Assembly: GCA_041662565.1 (NCBI GenBank) | Contig: JBAZSE010000002.1 | Coordinates: 27,244-91,243 of the forward strand | Source: Patescibacteria group bacterium | Lineage (GTDB): Bacteria; Patescibacteriota; Patescibacteriia; UBA1558; UBA10009 | Length of the DNA: 64,000 nt | Direction: 5' to 3' | Shown: piece after piece, positions 53,794 to 63,699 of the stretch | How positions within the stretch are numbered: the stretch's first letter is position 1 | How the letters are laid out: every line of letters starts with the position of its first letter | The notes under the pieces: model-generated | Told to the model about the DNA's origin: nothing | The model's database searches: none | What the model saw: only the letters and a program-made list of their open reading frames with translations | Position numbers and translations under genes: made by a program

Positions 53794-55632
53794 GTGAAAA
53801 AAATTTCACTCCTCTTGAGGTTAATTAAAGAGGGCTTCTTGGAAAAATTCTTGCCTCAAGCCAAAAAAAACCTGATTACCAATAATCCCCTGCTGTCATT
53901 TAAAGTTGACCAGAAACTTCTTTTTAATTTAAACAAAAGGAAAATTCCTTCTTTGGCCCAGCTAAAGGCCTTGCCGCAATTTTTAAATCCCAAAGAAAAA
54001 ATCATCATTAAAACTCTTAGCGGAGTTATCGGCGTTTGCTTAATTGCCTTGGGCGTTAATTTTTATTTCAGCCACACTGTGGTAATTCCTAAAAACGGCG
54101 GCAGTTATACCGAGGGCTTGGTAGGCACGCCCCAGTACATCAATCCGATTCTCGCTTCGTATAACGATGTGGACCGCGATTTGACCCAGTTGATTTTTAG
54201 CGGTTTGGTTAAAATAAACGATGAAGGCGTGTTAATGGATGATTTGGCCGAATCGCACCAGATCAGCCCGGATAAAAAAATCTATACCTTTAATCTAAAA
54301 CAAAATGTTTTGTGGCACGATGGCGCGCCCTTAACCGCCAATGACGTTTTGTTTACCGTAACCAGTATTCAGGATCCGGAATGGCAATCACAGCTTAAAA
54401 GCGCCCTGGGCAACGTGCAGGTGGAAAAAATCAACGATTACAGCTTGCGCTTTATTTTAAAAGAACCGGTTAACAATTTTATTAATAGCTTAACTTTCGG
54501 CATTATTCCCGAACACGCTTGGCTTTCTATACCCAGTTCCAATGCCGGCTTGGCCGAGCTTAACAAAAGGCCCATTGGCACAGGCCCGTATAAATTTAAA
54601 ACTTTGATAAAAGATAAAAACGGCAATATTCGCACCTTGAGTTTGATTAAAAACGACCAATACTACGGCGATCTGCCGTTTATCAATGAAATTAATTTTA
54701 AATTTTACGGCGATTACCAAACCGCTTCCGACGCTTTAGCCAATAATAATATTGAGGGATTGGGATTACTGCCTAAAGAATTCCAAGCCAAGGCCAATAA
54801 AAATAAAAACCTGAAATTTTATTCTTTATCCTTACCCCAATACACCGCTGTTTTCTTTAACACCAAAAAATCAGAGGCCTTAAAAACCAAAGATGTGAGG
54901 CAAGCGCTGGCCTACGCCATTGATCGGCAAACCATTTTACAGCAATCCATAGACCAAAAAGGCACCATTATCAACGGGCCGATCTTGCCGGGATTTATCG
55001 GTTATCATCCGGACATTAAAAAATATTCGCAAAACATCGAACAAGCCAAAAAATTATTGGATGCCAGTGGCTGGAAAATTTCCGATAACGGCATCCGCAA
55101 AAAAGGCAATGAGCTTTTGGAAATAACCTTAACCACCGTGGAAAAAGACGAATACGTTAAGGCGGCGGAAATAATCAAAAAAAATTGGGCCGAAATCGGC
55201 GTTAGCGCCAATATTGATATCGTGAGCAAAGAAAGAATCAGAACCGATACCATAGAACCCCGAAGCTACCAAGCATTACTGTTTGGACAAATTATTAAAA
55301 CCGATCCTTATCCTTTTTGGCATTCCAGCGAAGACGCCAGCCCGGGCGCCAATTTAGCTGTTTGGGCCAACGCGGGCGTTGATAAAATTTTGGAAGAAAC
55401 CAGGGGCTTGGATGATCCCGTGGTGATTAACAAAAAATATCTGGAATTCCAAGACATTTTAGCCGAAAACGTGCCGGCCATATTTTTATACAACCCCATT
55501 CAAACTTATCCTGTTGATGAAAAAATTCAAGGATTAACTACCAGAAGAATTTCCGTGCCAGCCGACCGCTTTAGCAAAATTACCGACTGGTATATAAATA
55601 CCAAACGCGAATTCTCTTGGGTGAAAAAATAA
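53794..55632 (+). CDS. ABC transporter family 5 (peptide/nickel) substrate-binding protein, TM-anchored
   Basis: GGSYTEG, LIFSGL, DLAES, WHDGAPLTANDVLFT, PIGTGPYKF, VRQALAYAIDR. Confidence 0.92.
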   Translation: MKKISLLLRLIKEGFLEKFLPQAKKNLITNNPLLSFKVDQKLLFNLNKRKIPSLAQLKALPQFLNPKEKIIIKTLSGVIGVCLIALGVNFYFSHTVVIPKNGGSYTEGLVGTPQYINPILASYNDVDRDLTQLIFSGLVKINDEGVLMDDLAESHQISPDKKIYTFNLKQNVLWHDGAPLTANDVLFTVTSIQDPEWQSQLKSALGNVQVEKINDYSLRFILKEPVNNFINSLTFGIIPEHAWLSIPSSNAGLAELNKRPIGTGPYKFKTLIKDKNGNIRTLSLIKNDQYYGDLPFINEINFKFYGDYQTASDALANNNIEGLGLLPKEFQAKANKNKNLKFYSLSLPQYTAVFFNTKKSEALKTKDVRQALAYAIDRQTILQQSIDQKGTIINGPILPGFIGYHPDIKKYSQNIEQAKKLLDASGWKISDNGIRKKGNELLEITLTTVEKDEYVKAAEIIKKNWAEIGVSANIDIVSKERIRTDTIEPRSYQALLFGQIIKTDPYPFWHSSEDASPGANLAVWANAGVDKILEETRGLDDPVVINKKYLEFQDILAENVPAIFLYNPIQTYPVDEKIQGLTTRRISVPADRFSKITDWYINTKREFSWVKK

Positions 55633-55689
55633 CCCGAATTTTAAAAAGATTTCACGGATTATTTTCCTTAAAATTTTCGTATAAAAACC

Positions 55690-55791
55690 ACAAAATTCGC
55701 ACCGGCGAATTTTGTAAAGGAAGAAGTTGACCGAAGCCGGAGTGACCTCACCGCAAGGTGAAGGCACGAAGGTTGAGGGCAACTTCTGACG
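55690..55791 (+). ncRNA. Structured two-hairpin element immediately 5' of tRNA-Leu (homologous to 1279-1379)
   Basis: ACAAAATTCGC-ACCG-GCGAATTTTGT, then AGAAGTTG...CAACTTCT-GACG with a GCAA tetraloop. Confidence 0.55.
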
Positions 55792-55792
55792 C

Positions 55793-55878
55793 GCCGGAGT
55801 GGTGAAATGGTATACACGCTAGATTCAGGTTCTAGTGGCCGCAAGGCCGTGGAGGTTCAAGTCCTCTCTCCGGCACCA
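55793..55878 (+). tRNA. tRNA-Leu(CAG)
   Basis: GCCGGAG/CTCCGGC, CTAGA-TTCAGGT-TCTAG, variable arm GGCC-GCAA-GGCC, ACCA end. Confidence 0.96.
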
Positions 55879-56103
55879 CTCGATTCGTCGAGCTAAGCTC
55901 GACTCACTCGTGGTTTCTGCTTTTCACTTTGTTCAAAGCTTCAACGATTCCTAATAAGAATCGAGTGGTGCCTTGAGCGTAGCCGAAAGGCAAAAATTCT
56001 ATCACAATTAAAATTATAAATTAACAAATATTATTAACTTACCTCGTTTACTGTTACGTGAAGAAACAACTGCACGATACATGTTATACGATACACGATT
56101 ACT

Positions 56104-57972
56104 ATGATGCAAAAAACTAACAACCGCCGCCATTACCATTCCGCTCCGCATCGGACCGAAATTAAAGGCGATATTAAAAAAGAAACCGCGCCTGTAACTG
56201 CGCCTAATTTGCCAAAAAGCAACATTAAAAGAGGGCATTCTTCTTTTAGGTCCTTTAAAAAAACAACTTTGCCCGCTTTATCGCCTGTTAACCGCGGCGG
56301 GCAAACCAACGAAGAAAAATTAAAAATAATGATTGTGGGCGGAAATGAAGAAGTCGGCCGCAACATGACCATTTTGGAATACGGCCACGACATTATTATT
56401 ATTGATTTGGGCCTGCAATTTCCCGAAGAAGATATGCCGGGTATTGATTATATTATTCCCAACATGGGATATTTAAAGGGCAAGGAAAAAAATATCCGAG
56501 GCGTTTTTATCACTCATGCTCACTACGACCATATTGGCGCCATTCCCCACGTTATGGATGCTTTGGGTAATCCCACCATTTACAGCTCCAATTTAACTTT
56601 GGCCATTATTGATAAAAGGCAGGGCGATTACAAAAATTCCCCTCCCCTTAACATGCAGGCGGTTACTACCAATGATGTGATCAAAGTCGGAGTTTTTAAA
56701 GTCAGCTTTTTCGGCGTCAGCCATAATATTCCCACCAGCATGGGCTTAGTGGTGGATACCCCGTTGGGCAAAGTTGTTCATACCGGCGACTTTAAAATCG
56801 ACTTAAACGAAACCGGCGCTACCGGCACCGAAATTGATAAAATTAAAAAACTCGGCCAAGAAAACGTTTTGGTTTTGCTGGCCGATTCTACCAATGCTTC
56901 CCAATCCGGCCACCAGTTAAGCGAATCCGAAATTCAAACCAACTTGGACGATATTATTAAAGACGCTCCCGGCCGGGTAGTTATGGGCACTTTTGCCTCA
57001 CTTTTGGGCCGGGTTCAGCAGATTATTTCGGCTGCTGAATTATTTGGCAAAAAAGTGATTATTGAGGGCTATTCCATGAAAACCAATGTGGAAATCGCCA
57101 AGGCCCTGGGATATTTAAAAATAAAAAAAGATACCATTATTGATGTAAAGCATTTAAACAATTATCCCCGCAATAAAATTTTAATCGTCTGCACCGGTGC
57201 CCAGGGCGAAGAGCGAGCTGTTTTGATGAGAATCGCCAACCGCGAGCATAAAAGCTTGCAGATTGAGCAGGGCGATACCATTGTTTTCTCCTCTTCGGTT
57301 ATTCCCGGCAACGAGCGGGCCGTGCAACGGTTAAAGGATTCGCTTTACCGCCAAGGCGCCGAAGTGATCCATTACCAAATGATGGACGTTCATGCCGGCG
57401 GACACGCCAAAGCCGAAGATTTGAAATTTTTCATTTCTTTGGTTAAACCAAAATATTTTGTGCCGATCGAAGGCCACCATTCGTTTTTGCGCTTAAACGC
57501 CAAAAATGCCGAGGCCGCAGGGGTTGATCCCAAAAATATTTTTGTAGCCGATAACGGCCAGGTGCTTGAATTTACCAAACACGGCGGAGTTTTAACCGAT
57601 CAAAAAATACCTACCGATTACGTTTTTGTAGACGGCCTGGGTGTGGGTGATGTTTCCAACATTGTGCTGCGCGATAGGCAGATGATGGCCGAAGACGGCA
57701 TGATTGTGGTGATTGCTACTATTAGAACCAAAACCGGCGAACTGGTGCAAAACCCGGATCTTATTTCCCGCGGGTTTATTTACATGAAAGAAAATAAAAA
57801 GCTGGTTGAAGATACTCGTAAAAAAGTTAAGGCCTTGCTAAAAGATTACAATCCGGCCAGTTCCACCAATGATACTTACATTAAAGATAAAATCCGCAAC
57901 GAAATCGGTAAATTCCTTTTCCAAAAAACCGAACGCCGGCCCATGGTGTTGCCGGTAATTATCGAGGTCTAA
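56104..57972 (+). CDS. rnj: Ribonuclease J
   Basis: GGNEEVGRNM, THAHYDHIG, HTGDFK, CTGAQGE, HAGGH, RRPMVLPVIIEV. Confidence 0.97.
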   Translation: MMQKTNNRRHYHSAPHRTEIKGDIKKETAPVTAPNLPKSNIKRGHSSFRSFKKTTLPALSPVNRGGQTNEEKLKIMIVGGNEEVGRNMTILEYGHDIIIIDLGLQFPEEDMPGIDYIIPNMGYLKGKEKNIRGVFITHAHYDHIGAIPHVMDALGNPTIYSSNLTLAIIDKRQGDYKNSPPLNMQAVTTNDVIKVGVFKVSFFGVSHNIPTSMGLVVDTPLGKVVHTGDFKIDLNETGATGTEIDKIKKLGQENVLVLLADSTNASQSGHQLSESEIQTNLDDIIKDAPGRVVMGTFASLLGRVQQIISAAELFGKKVIIEGYSMKTNVEIAKALGYLKIKKDTIIDVKHLNNYPRNKILIVCTGAQGEERAVLMRIANREHKSLQIEQGDTIVFSSSVIPGNERAVQRLKDSLYRQGAEVIHYQMMDVHAGGHAKAEDLKFFISLVKPKYFVPIEGHHSFLRLNAKNAEAAGVDPKNIFVADNGQVLEFTKHGGVLTDQKIPTDYVFVDGLGVGDVSNIVLRDRQMMAEDGMIVVIATIRTKTGELVQNPDLISRGFIYMKENKKLVEDTRKKVKALLKDYNPASSTNDTYIKDKIRNEIGKFLFQKTERRPMVLPVIIEV

Positions 57973-58008
57973 ATAAAATTAAAAAAAGAAGGACGGCCTA
58001 TGAATGAA

Positions 58009-58752
58009 TTAAGGTCCGTCCTTTTTGAGAACTCCAAAAACCGGATAAGTTCTGCCTTTGTGAACAAAGTCGGTGGCGACTTTTAAAGGCAGCCGATTGG
58101 AATTGCAAGTGACCCAGATCGTTACCCGTCCGCTGGGTATAAAGTTATCCTGCTTGTTCATCCTGATTTCTACCACCCAGCAAAGATACTTATAGCCATG
58201 CCACTTTAGCAAAACCTGATCCTTAACCTGGATAATCGCTTTTGACATGCGAGCCCGATTGGAATCATCGATGCCAAAAACCTTCAGTTCGGATGATTGT
58301 CCAAGTTCAAGATTCATGTTCCGAAAAAGGTAGAAAGCGCTCAAGGCTTCGAGAGGCATATTTCCAGCCAAATTCAGAACATCAACCAAGGTATCGTTTT
58401 CCCAATAGCAAACCTGACGCAGGTTTTGATCAACTTGCCATTCAACCCAGGTTGAATCGGTTAAGAACGATTTTGACCACATCACCGTGCCGGCGCTGTC
58501 AAAGTTAGTGACGATATAATTATCGTATACAAACCTTTTGCGCGCCCAACCTATGGTATGAACCTCACATTGAGCTTGCCAACCATTGTTAATCCGATCA
58601 AACGAAAAGCTGGCTTCGCCTGCCTTGGGGGTAATTATTCCCCAAAAAGGATTCCACTCCAGATCGTATTCCAAGCATTCGCCGGAATATTTTTCCAGTT
58701 CAGCGGCATGCAAGCCCTGAACTAGCAACAAACAGATCAACAGGGTTTTCAT
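58009..58752 (-). CDS. DUF3108-like secreted protein (solo cassette)
   Basis: Signal peptide, GECLEYDLEW...AGEA, LSAFYLFR, IWVT...LPLKV; GGAGG RBS. Confidence 0.7.
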   Translation of the reverse strand: MKTLLICLLLVQGLHAAELEKYSGECLEYDLEWNPFWGIITPKAGEASFSFDRINNGWQAQCEVHTIGWARKRFVYDNYIVTNFDSAGTVMWSKSFLTDSTWVEWQVDQNLRQVCYWENDTLVDVLNLAGNMPLEALSAFYLFRNMNLELGQSSELKVFGIDDSNRARMSKAIIQVKDQVLLKWHGYKYLCWVVEIRMNKQDNFIPSGRVTIWVTCNSNRLPLKVATDFVHKGRTYPVFGVLKKDGP

Positions 58753-58850
58753 ACTGCCTCCAAAATGAAAAATCAACGAACAAATCAGATTATCTTTACC
58801 AAAACCTGGCCACCTTGTCAAATAGTCGATTTACTCGTAAAATTAGGCTT

Positions 58851-59750
58851 ATGAATCTGACTCAAATTTTATTTACCGGTATTGGCGCGGCGGTGCTGGG
58901 AGCGCTTATCGCTTCGTTTGCCGAAATTTTTCAAAAATATCTGGTTAAAACCAAACGCCAGCCGCGCCTAGCCGTTTTGCTTAATTCCTATTTTATTTTA
59001 GGTCTGCTTTCTTTGCTTACTGCTCTAGCTCTTAATCAATTTACTCTTAACTTAAGTTCTATTCTTTTGGCCGCCGTTAGCGGTTCTATTCAGGCCTTGG
59101 GTATTTATTTAACTCTTAAGGCCTACGCCATTGAAGATTTTTCTTTAACTCTTCCCTTTTTGTATTTAACCCCGATTTTTATCATTCCGGTGGAATGGCT
59201 GTTTTTTGGAAATGTTCCAACAACTCTGGCTATCATTGGTATTATTTCTATTATCATCGGGGCTGTTTTTTTAAGTTATACGGAAAATAAAGGGCGCACG
59301 GGTATTTGGCGATTTTCGTTAGGCAGCCGTTTAATGATGCTGGTGGCCTTGCTCTACAGTTTTGCCGGACCTTTGGATAAATTAGGCCTGTTGCAATCGT
59401 CATCATTAGGTTATCTATCTTGGCTATTTATTTTTACCGGACTCTGGTTATTATTAGGAGGATTTTGGCTGGCCAGAAAAGAATTGGTTAAAAAAGAAAT
59501 TCTTACGTGTTTAAAAAAATACTGGCCAATTTTTTTGGGCTTGGGCCTGATTATCATCATCAGCGGCTGGCTGATGTTTATCGCCTACTCCACTATTTTG
59601 GTTAATTACGTTATTTCGCTTAAACGGGCGATGTTTTTAATTCCCATTCTATTGGGTCCGCTCTTATTTAAAGAAAAAAATCTGCTTAAACGCTTGCCCG
59701 GCGCCATTTTAATGCTGCTCGGGGCGATTATTATTATAATTTTTGGATAA
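58851..59750 (+). CDS. EamA/DMT family transporter
   Basis: About 10 TM helices in two repeats, LTPIF, LFKEKNLLKRL. Confidence 0.88.
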   Translation: MNLTQILFTGIGAAVLGALIASFAEIFQKYLVKTKRQPRLAVLLNSYFILGLLSLLTALALNQFTLNLSSILLAAVSGSIQALGIYLTLKAYAIEDFSLTLPFLYLTPIFIIPVEWLFFGNVPTTLAIIGIISIIIGAVFLSYTENKGRTGIWRFSLGSRLMMLVALLYSFAGPLDKLGLLQSSSLGYLSWLFIFTGLWLLLGGFWLARKELVKKEILTCLKKYWPIFLGLGLIIIISGWLMFIAYSTILVNYVISLKRAMFLIPILLGPLLFKEKNLLKRLPGAILMLLGAIIIIIFG

Positions 59751-59798
59751 AAATTGCAGATTTGAAATCTGCCCATACTGTGCTAAAATAGATATATT

Positions 59799-60779
59799 AT
59801 GAAAAAGACATTATTTTCAGGCATTCAGCCCACCGGCGATATCCATATTGGCAACTATTTGGGCGCTTTAAAAAACTGGGTTGATTTGCAAACAAAATAC
59901 AACTGTTTATACAGTATTGTAGACTTGCACGCCATTACTATTGATTATGAAGCGGATAAATTCCAAGAAACGATTTTAAACACGGCCATGGATTTGTTGG
60001 CCATTGGCCTTGACCCAAAAAAATCTATTTTGTTTGTGCAATCACACGTTCCTCAACATACCGAACTTTGTTGGCTGTTTAACACCTTAACGCCAATAGC
60101 CGAACTAGAAAGAATGACGCAGTTTAAGGATAAAGCCGGCCAGCATAAAGAAAACATCAATACCGGCTTGTTCGATTATCCTGTTTTAATGGCAGCCGAT
60201 GTGTTGTTGTATAAAACCGCTGTGGTGCCGGTTGGGCAGGATCAATTGCAACATTTGGAATTAACCAATACCATTGCCCGAAAATTTAATAATAAATACG
60301 GTAAATATTTTGAAGAAATTCAGCCGATTGTGAGTAAAGCCGCTAGGGTAATATCTTTAACCAATCCCGAAAAAAAGATGAGCAAATCGCTCGGGCCGAA
60401 CAATTTAATCGCCTTAGCCGATAGCCCCGAGGTAATCCGAAAAAAAATTATGAGCGCGGTTACGGATACTGGCCCGGCCACCGATAAAATGTCAGCCGGA
60501 GTTAAAAATCTTTTTGATTTGTTGGAATTATTTGCCCCCATGACCACTTTTAAACTTTTCCAGAACGCCTACAATAATAAAAACTTAAAATATTCAGAAT
60601 TAAAAAATGAATTAGCCGAGGCGATTATTAAACACCTAGCCCCGATCCAAGAACGCAAAAAATATTTCCAAAAAAATAAAAAGCAAGTTTTGGCAATACT
60701 TGCTGACGGGGCAAAAAAAGCTCAAAAAATCGCCTCAAAAAACATTTCGGAAATTAAACAACTAATGGGCTTGACATAA
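59799..60779 (+). CDS. trpS: Tryptophanyl-tRNA synthetase
   Basis: SGIQPTG.IHIGNYLGA, YPVLMAAD, VPVGQDQLQH, KMSKS. Confidence 0.98.
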   Translation: MKKTLFSGIQPTGDIHIGNYLGALKNWVDLQTKYNCLYSIVDLHAITIDYEADKFQETILNTAMDLLAIGLDPKKSILFVQSHVPQHTELCWLFNTLTPIAELERMTQFKDKAGQHKENINTGLFDYPVLMAADVLLYKTAVVPVGQDQLQHLELTNTIARKFNNKYGKYFEEIQPIVSKAARVISLTNPEKKMSKSLGPNNLIALADSPEVIRKKIMSAVTDTGPATDKMSAGVKNLFDLLELFAPMTTFKLFQNAYNNKNLKYSELKNELAEAIIKHLAPIQERKKYFQKNKKQVLAILADGAKKAQKIASKNISEIKQLMGLT

Positions 60780-60804
60780 TAATTTAAACTGATATTATAA
60801 TTAT

Positions 60805-60886
60805 ACACTATGGCTTCGGCCTCCGAGACTTTCTTCGCGAGAAGAAAGACCGTTAACAAAGACATCTCACGCAGATGTTTTTGTTG
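60805..60886 (+). ncRNA. Candidate small RNA convergent with mazF
   Basis: Promoter TTGACA(60771)/TG-n-TATTAT(60793); GGC-TTCG-GCC, CTTTCTTC-GCGA-GAAGAAAG and a terminator hairpin. Confidence 0.6.
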
Positions 60887-60887
60887 T

Positions 60888-61283
60888 TTATATTAAATCT
60901 TTAACGCGTTGTTGGATTTTTTTAAAATCAAAATCAGCAATCAGAGTTATTTTTCTCAACAATCTTTTACTGCTAATCAATCTTATTTGGGACAAATCAA
61001 TCCATGACTTATGATTAAAGTTATTTAATTGTTGGTAAAACCGACTTGTTTTTTCTTTACTAGTCAAAGGTAATACCCAAAGCGTCTTGTTTCCAAATTT
61101 TTTTAATATTAAAACTGGCCTTTCAAACCTATTATTTTTACCATTTTGTTCATGACCAATGTTTATACCTAAACTGGCCCACCAAATTTCTCTTTGTTTA
61201 TAAAAAATAATTCTATCATCTCTAAGATACAACCTAATTTTGAACTTTGTCCACGCAACAAATTTTATTAGAAAGTCGTTCAT
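60888..61283 (-). CDS. PemK/MazF-family endoribonuclease toxin with no adjacent protein antitoxin
   Basis: REIWWASLGINIGHEQNGK...RPVLIL...VLPLTS...LSQIRLISSKRL. Confidence 0.92.
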   Translation of the reverse strand: MNDFLIKFVAWTKFKIRLYLRDDRIIFYKQREIWWASLGINIGHEQNGKNNRFERPVLILKKFGNKTLWVLPLTSKEKTSRFYQQLNNFNHKSWIDLSQIRLISSKRLLRKITLIADFDFKKIQQRVKDLI

Positions 61284-61363
61284 AAAATAAATAAAACAAG
61301 GCCTTGTTTGACCCTGTTTATTAAATTATTGTTATTTTACTGAATTCTCTAAATTTGTCAAAT

Positions 61364-62167
61364 TTACAACTCAACCTTCTCACTTTTAACTTGAGAACCC
61401 AAAAATTTACTGCCTAATAAATCAAATTTAGCCGTGCCATTGGTGGTCAAATATCTTGTTTGACCGCCTTTTTTGATTTTACTTTCTATTTCCGGATGTC
61501 TGCTTAAATAATCAACTAGCTTGATAGCTACAATTTTAGGCGCATCCAAAACTTGTACTCGCTTTCCCGCAATTCTTTTAAATTCTTTCATTAGTAAAGG
61601 ATAATGAGTGCAGCCCAAAATTAAAGTATCTATCTGCGAATCTTTTAACGGCCGTAAATATTTTTTTAAAATCATTCTGGTTTCGGTTTTATCCAGCCAG
61701 CCCTCTTCAATTAACGGCACTAATAAAGGACAAGCGTTTTGAAAAATCTTAAGCTTGGAATTTTGGGTTTTGAGTTCTTTTTTGTAAGCGTTAGAACCGA
61801 TGGTCGCCTGCGTACCTACAACCCCAATATGATCAAATCTTGAAACTTTAGCTGCTTCTTCCGCCAAAGGCCTAATAACTCCTAAAATGCGGCGAACGGG
61901 ATAATGAGCCGGCAACCATTCTTGCTGTAATTTCCGCAAGGCCTCACTGGAAACGGTATTGCAGGCCAAAATAACCAGTTCACAACCCATGGAAAATAAA
62001 AAATCAACCGCTTGTTCGGTAAATTGATATATCACTTCTTGGCTCCGGCCGCCATAAGGAGCGCGCAAACTATCGCCTAAGTAAATATAAGCATAACCGG
62101 GCAAGGCCTTTTTAATTTCTTTGAAAACTGTCAGTCCTCCAAAACCGGAGTCAAATATTCCTATCAT
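61364..62167 (-). CDS. murI: Glutamate racemase
   Basis: IGIFDSGFGGLTV, PYGGRS, ILACNT, LILGCTHYP. Confidence 0.97.
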   Translation of the reverse strand: MIGIFDSGFGGLTVFKEIKKALPGYAYIYLGDSLRAPYGGRSQEVIYQFTEQAVDFLFSMGCELVILACNTVSSEALRKLQQEWLPAHYPVRRILGVIRPLAEEAAKVSRFDHIGVVGTQATIGSNAYKKELKTQNSKLKIFQNACPLLVPLIEEGWLDKTETRMILKKYLRPLKDSQIDTLILGCTHYPLLMKEFKRIAGKRVQVLDAPKIVAIKLVDYLSRHPEIESKIKKGGQTRYLTTNGTAKFDLLGSKFLGSQVKSEKVEL

Positions 62168-62170
62168 AAA

Positions 62171-63538
62171 TTAGTCGTTAATAACCTTTAAAACTTCTTC
62201 TTGCCTCTTTTTTAATTCTTCCTGATTGGCCGCCTCAACCGTTATCCTTAACAAAGGCTCGGTATTGGAAGGGCGTACATTAACCCACCAATCGTCAAAT
62301 TCCACGGTAATCCCATCCATTTCATCCAAAATATTTTTTTGATAATGCTCTCTAATCTTTTCCAGTTTATCCGGAATATCATCAACCTTAAAATTAAGTT
62401 CATCACCCCTGACATGTAACTGATAATCTTTAACAATTTCGGACAATGGTCGGCCATCTGTGGAAATGGTTTGCATGGCCAAAAGTAAAGCGATAAAGGC
62501 GTTATCGGCGTTAAAATTATCTCTAAAAGCGTAATGTCCGCTAACTTCCCCGCTCATTATTCCATCATCTTCCCTAATATGTCGAGCTAAGTTCATATAG
62601 CCTACTTCACTCCGAATCGGTCTACCGCCCCATTTGGTAACCAAATCCTTAACCGCGTGCGAACAAATTAAATTGTAGGCAATACCCGAACCGGGAAACT
62701 TAGCCAGCATCGGCTTGGCTAACAACAATAAACCGATATCTCCTCTGATAAGATTGCCGGTTTCATCAAGTAAAAAAATCCGATCGCCATCAACATCAAA
62801 CATTACTCCGAAATCAGCATGCGTTTCTAAAATTTTGGCTGCGCATATTTCGAAAGCTCCCGGCAATAATGGATTTGGGGCGCGGTTAGGAAAACTACCA
62901 TCCAGTTCGGCAAATAAATGGATTAGCTGGCCAGGCAATTGTTTAAAAATTTTGGGAATCAATAAACCGTTCATGCCATTGCCGGTATCAACCACGATTT
63001 TAAAAGGTTTGATTTTGGATAAATCAATAAAGGAAAAAATATGGTTTAAATGATCCTGGCTAACATCTTTATTTTCCAATTGCCCGCTAATTTTTTGCGT
63101 TGCCAAAGGAAATGTCATTTTAACCATTTCCTGATAAAGTGCCACCCCGCTTAAAAATTCAACCGCCCCATTATTTTTAATGGCTAATTTAAATCCACTG
63201 TATTCGGCAGGGTTATGCGAAGCCGTGGCCATAATGCCGGCATCAAAATCATAATTGCCAACGGCAAAATAGTAATCGTTAATGGATACCAAGCCAATAT
63301 CAATCACACTTACACCATAAGACAAAAAAGTATCCAAAGCCGATTTAATAATCTTGGCCGAACCTAAACGGTTATCACTTGCCAATACGATTTTTAAATC
63401 CTTGATTGGCTTATTGCTTTTGATTGATAACACGCTTAAATATGCCTGGGCAATTTGCCCGGCTATTTCTTCATTGATTTCGGAAGGATAAACACCCCTG
63501 ATATCGTAGGCCTTAAAAATGTTTGGATTTAATGTCAT
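62171..63538 (-). CDS. Phosphomannomutase/phosphoglucomutase
   Basis: FKAYDIRG, TASHNP, FDVDGDR, GEVSGH, VRPSNTEP. Confidence 0.96.
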   Translation of the reverse strand: MTLNPNIFKAYDIRGVYPSEINEEIAGQIAQAYLSVLSIKSNKPIKDLKIVLASDNRLGSAKIIKSALDTFLSYGVSVIDIGLVSINDYYFAVGNYDFDAGIMATASHNPAEYSGFKLAIKNNGAVEFLSGVALYQEMVKMTFPLATQKISGQLENKDVSQDHLNHIFSFIDLSKIKPFKIVVDTGNGMNGLLIPKIFKQLPGQLIHLFAELDGSFPNRAPNPLLPGAFEICAAKILETHADFGVMFDVDGDRIFLLDETGNLIRGDIGLLLLAKPMLAKFPGSGIAYNLICSHAVKDLVTKWGGRPIRSEVGYMNLARHIREDDGIMSGEVSGHYAFRDNFNADNAFIALLLAMQTISTDGRPLSEIVKDYQLHVRGDELNFKVDDIPDKLEKIREHYQKNILDEMDGITVEFDDWWVNVRPSNTEPLLRITVEAANQEELKKRQEEVLKVIND

Positions 63539-63699
63539 AAGCGACGTAGAGTGAAATCGAGCTTAGCTCGACGAACCGAGGAGCTTATATGTAATCATAT
63601 AATTACCCATATCTTAACTAATATTTCATAATAAATCAATCCATTGATTAATGTCTTAAATATGTTAAAATAGCAGCATAATCTTTAAACCATATTAAA

